From NCBI GenBank assembly GCA_963663805.2, contig CAXXMR010000014.1, forward strand, positions 32,001 to 96,000: a stretch of DNA of 64,000 nucleotides. Reading direction: 5' to 3'. The DNA comes from Sedimentisphaerales bacterium. GTDB lineage: Bacteria; Planctomycetota; Phycisphaerae; Sedimentisphaerales; SM23-30. Below the pieces are notes generated by a model that saw only the letters and a program-made list of their open reading frames with translations, had not been told where the DNA came from and made no database searches. A program made the translations under genes and the position numbers. Shown here piece after piece: positions 49,839 to 59,197 of this stretch (positions are counted from its first letter, which is position 1; the number at the start of each line of letters is the position of its first letter).

Positions 49839-51120
49839 GTCTTAGTGCCTCAATAGGGTCAAGTCTCGCTGCTTTTAATGCCGGGAACATCCCGAAAAAC
49901 AACCCCACACCTCCGGCAAACCCAAACGATATGGCGATTGCCCAACTGGGAATTTGGGTATGGTCCATCATGGGATTCAATTGCGATATTGCCATCGTCA
50001 GTAATTGCCCCAGACCCACACCCACCAATCCGCCGATACAGCAAAGCACCACTGCCTCGACCAGAAACTGAGTCATAATCGCGCTGTTCTTGGCGCCCAC
50101 CGCTTTTCGCAGGCCAATCTCCCGCGTTCGCTCCGAGACCGAAACCAGCATGATATTCATAATTCCCACCCCGCCTACCAGCAGCGATATTCCTACAATC
50201 CCACCGGCTACCATGGTTATCATCCCCGCAATCTTATTAAACTTCTCCAGCTCACTTTGTATCGACTGCACCCGGAAAGTGTCCGGTTCACCCGGGCGAA
50301 TCTGCCGGTTACGTCTCAGAAAAAACTTCAACTCCGCGATAGCTTCTTCCGCCACATCAGCCGATTTGCTTTGGGCCGTCGCCCACACCCATTTCTCCCG
50401 CAGCGTGCAGTTCGTACGGAACGGAATATAAATCTCAAAGTTGTCTTCACCGCCCCCGCCCCCGCCCAGAAACGATTGAGGCCTTCGTTCCACCAGCCCC
50501 ACCACCCGAAACGCTTTGCCGCTTACATAAATAATATCCCCGATGCAGTCCCGGTCCATGCCCAGCTTATCACGCAGTTCCGGCTCAATCAGACAAACTT
50601 GCCGACGCTGCTCCTCATCGATAATCGAGAAAGGACGACCCATCGCTATCTTGCGATTCTCCACCAGATACCATTCCGGTTCTACCCCATACACTCGAAT
50701 ACTTTCGATGCTCCTTTCCCCATAACTGATGGTATGCCTGTCCCCCCAGCTCGAACGGCTGAACCGCTCGATCGAAGGGCAATGCTCCAGTAAATCATCA
50801 AAATGCTCTGGATAAAAACGCAGCGACCAATGAGATGAATTTTTTTTAGGACCGCTGTTGGGCCTTTCAGCGTTTATGTATATATTATTCGTCCCGAAAG
50901 ACTCAATCTCTTCGAGTACCTTGGTCTTCAGCCCCGTCAACGCCGCGATAACCGCTGTAATCGAAGCAACCCCTATCACAATCCCGATCGTTGTCAAAAC
51001 CGAACGCGCTTTGTTCGCCCATATCTGACCCAACGCCAAAAAAACGCTCTGCATAATCAGCCGCACAAAAGCCACCGGCATCCACAATAATCTAATCATG
51101 CCTGCCCTCCCTGTGACCAT
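49831..51120 (-). CDS. MacB-like ABC transporter permease
   Basis: RSVLTTIGIVIG, GIMNIMLVSVSERTREIGLRKAVGA, PALKAARLDPIEALR; start may be 51098. Confidence 0.93.
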   Translation of the reverse strand: MVTGRAGMIRLLWMPVAFVRLIMQSVFLALGQIWANKARSVLTTIGIVIGVASITAVIAALTGLKTKVLEEIESFGTNNIYINAERPNSGPKKNSSHWSLRFYPEHFDDLLEHCPSIERFSRSSWGDRHTISYGERSIESIRVYGVEPEWYLVENRKIAMGRPFSIIDEEQRRQVCLIEPELRDKLGMDRDCIGDIIYVSGKAFRVVGLVERRPQSFLGGGGGGEDNFEIYIPFRTNCTLREKWVWATAQSKSADVAEEAIAELKFFLRRNRQIRPGEPDTFRVQSIQSELEKFNKIAGMITMVAGGIVGISLLVGGVGIMNIMLVSVSERTREIGLRKAVGAKNSAIMTQFLVEAVVLCCIGGLVGVGLGQLLTMAISQLNPMMDHTQIPSWAIAISFGFAGGVGLFFGMFPALKAARLDPIEALRHE

Positions 51121-51820
51121 TTCCGGTATCGCTGCAAATCTTGCCGTCCGTCATGCGAATCACCCGACTGGCATGACCGGCGATGCTCTCCTCGTGCGTC
51201 ACCATAATAATCGTCTGGCCCTCCTCGTGCAGCTTATCAAAAAGCTCCATTATGCTTTCGCTGTTGGCACTGTCCAGATTCCCCGTCGGTTCATCCGCCA
51301 GCAGAATACTCGGATTACAAATCAACGCCCGCGCAATCGCTACCCGCTGCCGCTCCCCGCCCGACAACTGATTAGGCCGATGTTTGACTCGTCCGCTCAG
51401 CCCCACGCGATCCAGAGTATGTTTAGCCAGCTTCGACGATGACCCCTCTTTCTTTCGAGCGTAAATCAAAGGCAACGCCACATTCTTGGCCGCACTGAGC
51501 CGACTCAAAAGCTCAAACGACTGAAACACAAAGCCGATTCGCTCGTTGCGAACCTGCGCCAGAGCCGAACCGCTCATCCGGGTCGTGTCCTGCCCGTCCA
51601 GTTCGTATGTGCCTTCCGTCGCCCGGTCCAGACAACCCAGCAAATTCATGAGCGTACTCTTGCCCGAACCACTGGCTCCCATGATCGCCACATAATCATT
51701 CTTACGCAGCTCCAGGTCGATTCCGTCCAACGCGTTGACCGTTTCTGTCCCCAGTTTGTAGACCTTTCGGATACCGCGTAACCGAATCATAACTTTATTT
51801 TCTTGCTCTGACTGTGACAT
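51092..51820 (-). CDS. ABC transporter ATP-binding protein (LolD/MacB type)
   Basis: GASGSGKS, LSGGERQR, ADEPTGNLD; likely start at ATG 51820. Confidence 0.94.
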   Translation of the reverse strand: MSQSEQENKVMIRLRGIRKVYKLGTETVNALDGIDLELRKNDYVAIMGASGSGKSTLMNLLGCLDRATEGTYELDGQDTTRMSGSALAQVRNERIGFVFQSFELLSRLSAAKNVALPLIYARKKEGSSSKLAKHTLDRVGLSGRVKHRPNQLSGGERQRVAIARALICNPSILLADEPTGNLDSANSESIMELFDKLHEEGQTIIMVTHEESIAGHASRVIRMTDGKICSDTGNGHREGRHD

Positions 51821-51881
51821 TATTTTCAACCCTGACTGCCAAAAATGCGAAGTGGTGGAGCCCAAGCCGTTCACTCATCCC

Positions 51882-53269
51882 TCATGCCTCATCCCTCTTG
51901 CCTTCTTCTCCTTCTTCTTCCTCCTTCTTCTCCCGCTCGTCAATAACCTTGTTGTCATGCTGCAAACCTTCCAGCACCTTATAAGGCCCCACGATAATCT
52001 TGTCATCCGCGTTCACGCCTTCTTCGATAATGGTATGCGTCAAATCGCAAGGCCCGATCTTCACCGGCGTAACCACCGCCTTGCCGTCGATATAACGATA
52101 CACCACCGCGGTATAAGTCTTGTTCTTGTCCACCAACGGGTTATCGTCCCGCATCTCCAGCGGCAGCCCGTCCACCGGTCGGGCCATTACCGCCTGACTC
52201 AATACCTTGACCACTTCGTGATAAGTTTTCGTCTCGATCTCAACATTCGCCGTCAATCCCGAATAAAGTTTTTCTTCCGTAGGCTTCAGTAATATCTCCG
52301 TTCGGAAATACTGTGTCCCCTGATTCGATGAACTGCCCTTCAACGCGATACTTTCGACCACACCTTCAAATTTCCTGTCGTCAAAAGCCTGTATCTGCAC
52401 CCACGCCCGCTGTCCCTCTTTTACCTTGCCAATGTCAACCTGGTCAACCTGGGCCACCATCAGCATATGCTCCAAATCCGCCACTTCCAGAATCATCGTC
52501 CCCGGATTATTCATCGTGCCGGTCATCACCAGCTCGCCTACTTCGGCGTTAATCACCGTGATCGTCCCGTCCATCGGCGAAGTTATGGTTGTATAGGTCA
52601 GGGCCTCATTCGCCTGCTCAATCAACTCGTCCGCCGCTTCGAGATTATGCTCCAGTACCTGCAACTGTAACCGAGCCGCCTCCAGCGAATGCTGCGAAGA
52701 TTCATAGCGCGCCTCCAGCTCATCAACCTGACAGGCCGTCTCATCATAAACCGACTGACTAATATCCGCTGTTTTATACAATCCCTTTTTACGTTCCAAA
52801 TCACGCTTGGCCTGCTTTAGTGATTCCGCTAACCCCTCCAGCGTAGCTTTCTGACTGGCGATGCGGGCCTTTTCAACTTCAAGACCCGCCGCCTGAGCTG
52901 CCCGGCCCGCCAACGCCGAACGCAGCCGACTCTGCAAATCACGGTCATCCAGACGAACCAGCACCGAAGTCTCCGCCGGCGGCTCTGACTTGGCGTTTCC
53001 TTTGGTTACCCAGTCGCCTTCCTCAAAAGGAAGCTCCATAACACGTGCCGAAACCTTCGCGCTGATAGCAACCTTAGTTTTGGGTTCTATCCAGCCCGTC
53101 GTACTGACATATTCAATCAGTTCCCCAACCTCAGCTGCCTCCACCCGCACCTCGGTCCCCTTGCCCGTCGACTCCTCACCGCGTCCTTACCCTTAAGAAC
53201 CCTGCCGATTACCGACGCCAGCACCAGCGTAACCACCACCGTTATCAAAATAACCCAGCGTTTCTTCAT
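51882..53269 (-). CDS. Efflux membrane-fusion (MacA-like) adaptor with an apparent frameshift near 53180
   Basis: ORF 51882..53150 is MFP-like; its signal anchor MKKRWVILITVVVTLVLA starts at 53269 in another frame. Confidence 0.85.
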
Positions 53270-53582
53270 TATTATCAGCCTTCTTTTTCGCTAAATACGT
53301 TAGTATGAGGAAAGAACAATCTCAATACGCCCTTATAACTGTAATGTTCAAATAAGTCGCCTCAAATTTTAACCTATATAACACCACACACTCGATAAGA
53401 TCGCTTTACTCAACAAACCATATCTTATAGACGTACACCCCCAAAAAAATGTTACCAAAAATCCCCCTCACCATCCCCTCAGTCCAGAATGCCCACTCAC
53501 ACCTTTACGCGCAAAAGACGCTAAGTCCTTATTATCACAGCAGTTGGCCGGGGCTGCTGTGGCAGAAATAAAAGTTTTTCTC

Positions 53583-53611
53583 TTGCAATGAGATTAAACA
53601 TCTGATAAAAT
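53583..53611 (+). promoter_or_regulatory. Strong sigma70-type promoter
   Basis: TTGCAA-N17-TAAAAT with extended TG motif. Confidence 0.6.
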
Positions 53612-53699
53612 ATAGGAAGTTCTAAGAATTGGGAAGGGTGGTCTTTATTTTTGGAGAGTTAATCTAGGCGAAATACGCCGTCTTTAACATTTAAATAAG

Positions 53700-53866
53700 T
53701 GATTCACTGTTACCAGTGAGCGGTTTCGAGCTAAAACCGTCAGTTTATCTTTTTGGGAAATGCACAGTGGTCGGTGCCCAAGTTTGGGCACTGCCTGCTA
53801 GTGTTCCCAAAGGGTTCTGACGGACCTAGCCTGAGCATGATGCGGCGGTGTCCTTTTTTTGCCGCC
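53700..53866 (+). ncRNA. Candidate structured cis-regulatory leader or sRNA
   Basis: Several complementary segments, including an 87-nt rod (53737-53823) and a hairpin followed by T7; no family recognised. Confidence 0.45.
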
Positions 53867-54031
53867 ATAAAAAAATTAAAAATATAGGGGTCAAACAAAC
53901 TGGACACCCCGTAAAATCAGGATGGAAACTTAACAATTACACCATTACGGAGGATTTGACATGAAAAAGATTTTTAATGTTTTAGGGGTGTGTTTAGCTG
54001 TCACTCTAGCGACCAAACATTAGAGGATAAT

Positions 54032-55932
54032 ATGGGCAAATATATTTATAATAGTGTTGTATTTTGAGACTGTAGCATAGATACCGGCATTTTTAATGAG
54101 ATTTTCGCAAATTAGCCGATAAAACTCCTGGAAGAACAGACCAGTGGAATTTTCCAGGAGAGACGATTATGGCTGGGCCAGGCGAATACGTATCCGATAT
54201 AACCGAAGGTATTACTGGTGTTGAAGATTTACCGAAAGCAAAAATCAAACGGCGTTCACGCACCTACAAAAAGCGTCCTTGCCCCCATTGCGGCCACTCG
54301 TCGTATCGAGACAAAGTCTTCAGGCGAAAACTGCATGACCTCGGAGACCTGGCTGCCAACCGTCCCATCGAGATTTGGGTCAGCTATTCACAGCATCGTT
54401 GTTCAAAATGCAAACGATACTTCAATGCCGACCTCACTGATCTTGCGGACCCCGGCTGTCACTATACCCGTCGGGTTGTTCACCTGGCCGTGCGTTTGGT
54501 TGTGGAGGACGGCCTGCCGTACCGCCCGGCATCATGGCACTTGTGGCGAGACCACAGAGTTTTTGTCCCTTGGGCTACAATTCAAAACTGGGTTGAGGCG
54601 ACGGGGAAAAAAAGCTGAGCAACGAATTACAACTGAGTACCTTGATGGTGTTCTGGCTGATTTCTCCGGCTATATTGCAGCGGACGAATTATATGATGGG
54701 CCATTCTGCGTCTTATCCATAGTGGATAACCACACCTTCAAACGGCTCATCTACGAGGTTCTTGACCATAATCCCACTCATGAAGATATAACAAACTTTT
54801 CCTTTCGGTTTCGGACCGAACTGGTACAAAGAACGCTGACATTACGGGTGTTACGACCGACGGCTCGCCTTTATATCCGGAGCCATTGGCGCTGATATTT
54901 CCTGACGCTGCTCATCAGGTGTGCGAATTTCATGTCCTCAAGGAGATCAACAGAGAAATACTCAAAGCTGTTACGAAAGTACGACGAGAGCTCAAGGCAA
55001 AGTTGCCCAAGCTGAAACGTGGCCGTCCATCGTCTTCTTCCGCGAAGAAAGCGGCATCACGCAAGAAGAAACAGGAAAAGAAAATTGCCGATCTGTTTGA
55101 GCACAGATATTTATTTGTACAACATTCATTGAGTTCGAAGGATAAGAAGAAGTTTTTGCATATAACCAGAGGCTTGCCAAACCTGAGAAATTTACGCTCG
55201 ATCATGGATCAGGTTTATCGTCTTTTTGACCGTCGTTGTCGAACGGAACGGCATTGGATAAAGTTGGCTGTGTTACGCCGGCGAATTGGGCGATTCAAAA
55301 CCTTGCGACAGACTCTTAAGAAATTGTTCACCCCCAATATCGAAAAGGCGGTTGACCTTCCTTGATGATTCACAACTGCCGTCAACGTCCAACGCGGTTG
55401 AACGGGGCTATCGCCGCCATCGAAAAATGCAGAAGAGTGTCTATCGAGTGCGAACTCAAACCAATATCAGCCAGCGGGTGGCTATTGATATGCAGCGTGA
55501 CGAGCAGTCCCCAAGGCCGTTTACGAACTACAACAACACTTCATGAAGAAAGGACTGGAATGCTATGTTGCCGGTAAAGATGCTACAGAGTCTGTATTTT
55601 TAATATTTTTCACCATTATCTATTCAGGTTGGCCCAATATTAACGGGGCATATTTATTAGCATGCTGTTTCTTTGGCCTATCGCAAATATTTGGGCCGGG
55701 TGCTGGTTATAGTCGTGATACAGTTCCTTTACGGGATAAGATTTTGGAGGGCCTAGTTCTGGGTTTTATTTTTGCCATACTTGCCAAGCATATTTTGATA
55801 TTGCACCATTTTGGTTTGTCCGACATAAAAGTGTTAGTGTCCTCAGTATGGCTAGGTAAAGCTTGGCTATACTATATTTTTAGTAGCTTTCTGGTTCATG
55901 TTATGCTTTGCTATCCGGTCTATATATCATAA
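54032..55932 (+). pseudogene. Small low-GC membrane-protein gene interrupted by an IS
   Basis: Removing 54066-55592 plus one TSD joins MGKYIYNSVVF in frame to LIFFTIIYSGW...PVYIS. Confidence 0.8.
54066..55592 (+). mobile_element. ISL3/Mutator-like insertion sequence (1527 bp); transposase in several frames
   Basis: TIRs GAGACTGTAGCATAGATACCGGCA / GACTCTGTAGCATCTTTACCGGCA; perfect 8-bp TSD TGTATTTT (54058-54065, 55593-55600); CPHC..HDL..CSKC zinc finger, ADE, CEFH, TSNAVER motifs. Confidence 0.9.
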
Positions 55933-56368
55933 GCGAAAAAATACTGTAATTGTCAAGCAAGCGTGATACCGCTTTTGAGCGGCTGAAATTTGACAATTTG
56001 GTGAATTAAAGGTTCCCGGTGCTTTTTTTGATGGGCGGAATTTAATGTACCCGGTACATTTTCCCACTCCACTCCCCAACCACCGTCCATCAGAGCCGCG
56101 CACGTAAGTAAGCGGTGCCGTTAATTAAACCACTCCGACCAAAGTTCGCCCCGCACCGTCGCCCAAACCCCAGCTCAAAACACCCGTTGCGTCACTACCG
56201 TTAAAGACCCCAGAGGGGCATAGGGGATGGTGTCCAAAAACCTGTCCAAGCCCGTCCAGTTTTGTCCACCTCGTCCAGCCAGTCCACTCCGCCCACAAAA
56301 GCCCCACCAAAAACAGGAATTTTTCCAGAAAAATTCATCCAAAATCCAAAAAAACCAAAAAAAAATCG

Positions 56369-57838
56369 CAATCCTGTTCGGCACATTTATTGCTCAAATA
56401 CAGTTTTTCTGTGGTCTTTGCAGTTCATATGATTTAGCGGGGATTATCCCATCAGTGGGACTGTCGGCACTGGTTATTTTGGCGCCAGCATCAGCGGCAG
56501 CGGCGATTTTTTTGAGGATCGGCCTTAGTTTTGGCTTTGGAGTTTATTGATATGGTTCTGCATTTCTTGCTCGTCGGCCATGCCGCAGAGGTGCCAGCAG
56601 AGCATTTCGTAGGTTCTTAAAGTTGGTTTTTTGCCCGTCCACAGGCTGATCAGCATACAGGCGATAATCGCGGCGTACATCTGTAGTTCGATACCGTTTT
56701 CGCAGAGGCCTTAGCAGATGTCGGCAGCCCAGCACATGCTTAAAAAAGCGGAAAAATATTTCGATGGCCCAGCGTTTCTGATAGAGCAGGGCAATGACTT
56801 CGGCGTCCAGGTCCAGCCGGTCGGTGGCAATCAAAATCATCTCACTCTGACGTGGTCCCTGGCCCCGTTTCAAATGCGGTTGACATTCAACCGCTATCAG
56901 GCGTAACGGTTGTTTGAAATCTTCCCGCAGTTTTTCACTGCTGCCGGCGATTACCGTACGATCAAAAATTATCCCCGCTTTTCGAGCATCTTCAGTTAAA
57001 GGTTTTTCCCTGAATAGTTTCGTAAACCCGTATCCTCACGCAGCCGACAGACAAAAGAGCTTTTTACTATCCACAATGGCCTGAAACAGCTTAAAACAGC
57101 AAGCATATCCGCGATCATTGACATAAATCCGGCCGGGCTGAAGATTCTCTAAAAAAACCTTTCGCTCATCAGACTTGTCTTCACTGATATTTATTTTCAG
57201 AGGCACATATTTTTCCAGATCAAACTGAGTGTGTGCTTTAATTCCGGGTTTGTCGGTGTCCCAGGCAGCCTGAGTGAGTTTTTGCAAAGCCTGAATACTG
57301 CTGCCGTCCACCAGGGGTAATGATCCTGACCGACTTCCAGTTTTTTGTCCTGAGATATCGGCCCTAACTGCTCAGTGAGTTGAGCGATTATCGGCCTCTA
57401 ACAAAGAACTCTCAAAAACCCGGGATGCTTCCGAAAGCGAACCCAGCGAACCCAGCGAAGCACGCGAACAACCCAACAGCCGCTGTACCTTTTTGAGCTC
57501 GCCGGCCTGCTGCAAAGACCGGATGGAACTGCAGATCGGATTGAACATGTATAACAGCAGCAGACTGACATACTGGTCCATGAATAATGTGCGATTGCCG
57601 GCCTGGTCCCGCTCACATCCCGCCGAGTGAAGACCTTTCAGCAGAGCCGAGAGGGACTTGAAATACTTGAACCCACGCAGGTCCCGCTCCTTGATTTTCT
57701 GACGCTTAGCACTCATGCCTCCTATTAGAGCATAAATATCCCTCGAGCGCAAATTACCTATCTTAACATTTCGGGTTTTTTTTTAAAAAAATACAGGAGG
57801 CCAAAAGCCTAAAGCAATAAATGTGCCGAACAGGATTG
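56369..57838 (-). mobile_element. IS4 family insertion sequence (1470 bp)
   Basis: Perfect 26-bp TIR CAATCCTGTTCGGCACATTTATTGCT; flanks AAAAAAATCG / GAAAAAATCG; VDGS, DRGY, Y.KRWAIEIFFR.FK (YREK) motifs. Confidence 0.93.
56544..57716 (-). pseudogene. IS4 transposase with multiple frameshifts
   Basis: Fragments 57372..57716, 57036..57311 and 56544..56873 in different frames; in-frame 9-bp duplication (LGSLGS). Confidence 0.8.
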
Positions 57839-58136
57839 GAAAAAATCGTCAAAAATCGGTCACCCCAGCCCAAACCGCGCCGAAAACCCCCACCGCAAAA
57901 CACGACTTTGCCACCGCAATAATCGCCCCAAACAGGCATATTCACACCCAAAATCCCCCGCCCACTGCCCCAAAACACTCTTTTTACCCCCCCAAAATCC
58001 CCAATCGCGCTGATTTCGCCCCCTTCAAATTGCGCATTAAGGAGAATCCACCACCCGAAAAAACCCGTTTTAAGCCCCAATCGCGACTACGAAGTCACCC
58101 TCGCGCTCACAAAAATAAGCACTTACAACAGCATCT

Positions 58137-58916
58137 CTAATCCAGCGAATCAGCAAAACTATCCAGCACTTCCCAGTATTCCTCCCCCGCCACACTTCTC
58201 AACGTCGAATGTTCCCCCTCATCCACCCAGAAACACCGTTTCGGCTCCGCCGCCTTGTCATACATCCGCTGCCCGTGGTCAAACTTAACCAGCTTATCCT
58301 TCTTCCCATGCATAATCAGAACCGGACAGTTCACATTAGCTATCTTCTGCTCATTCAAGAACTTATCGAACGGCAAATGCAAATGATTCAGCACTACCTG
58401 AAACGCCGAAACAAACCCGCCCTCCAATATCAGCCCCGCCACCGGCATCTCCACCGCCAAATCAGTCGCCGGGCCACTGCCCAGCGAATAACCATACAAT
58501 ATCACGTCACCAGCCTTAAAACCTTTATCATCAAGCAGATAGCGATATATCAACCGCGAATCCGCAAATACGTTCTCTTCGCTGGGCCGCCCCGTACTAA
58601 CCCCGTAACCCCTGTAGTCCCAAGCTATTATCGAATATCCCCGCCCCGCGGCTTCATCCATAAACCCCTTAATCGTCCCCAAATCCTCGTTATTGCCGTG
58701 AAAATAAAGAATTACCTTCTCAGCCCCCGCCCCCTCAACATAACGATAAGCCAACTCCGCCCCATCAGCCGTCACCATTTTCTCCAAACCCGCCAGTTCA
58801 GTATAACTCCGCCGCTGCGGAAATATCATTCGATGCACCGTCCCACACCCCAAAACCAACAAAAATAACACCGAACAGCCTATAGCTATACTTATTCGTT
58901 TAACTTTTTTCGCCAC
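58137..58916 (-). CDS. Alpha/beta hydrolase (possible lipoprotein)
   Basis: YFHGN.EDL, DYRGYG.S.G.P, GYSLGSG, MHGKKD. Confidence 0.92.
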   Translation of the reverse strand: MAKKVKRISIAIGCSVLFLLVLGCGTVHRMIFPQRRSYTELAGLEKMVTADGAELAYRYVEGAGAEKVILYFHGNNEDLGTIKGFMDEAAGRGYSIIAWDYRGYGVSTGRPSEENVFADSRLIYRYLLDDKGFKAGDVILYGYSLGSGPATDLAVEMPVAGLILEGGFVSAFQVVLNHLHLPFDKFLNEQKIANVNCPVLIMHGKKDKLVKFDHGQRMYDKAAEPKRCFWVDEGEHSTLRSVAGEEYWEVLDSFADSLD

Positions 58917-59197
58917 TTAACCACCTGTCCCTAAATAAGTTGTAAAACATGCCCGCAAGTATACCCCTGGCCGGCCATTTATTAATCTACTTTTTGCTGG
59001 ACCTCAAAATAACCGACGATAAACTGAATACTCAAGGTTTTTCGCCGTAATTGAACATATTTATTTGCCGCAACCACAGCTACTTTAATATAGGCAAATT
59101 TTTTTTAGGATTTTTATCTAGCCTAAATTACGCATTTTTACTATAATCCTCGTCACATTCGGATTTGGTATTGCCAAAATAGAGAAAGGAGTCTCAA

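Larger units (their letters stand above)
56067..58134. repeat. ~570-bp dispersed repeat, copy B (inverted relative to A, split by IS4)
   Basis: 56067-56368 and 57839-58134 are the reverse complement of 24588-25156. Confidence 0.92.

Noticed and set aside
55543..55932. 129-aa ORF as an independent gene
   Set aside because: Its first residues come from the IS end; it is the 3' part of the interrupted gene starting at 54032
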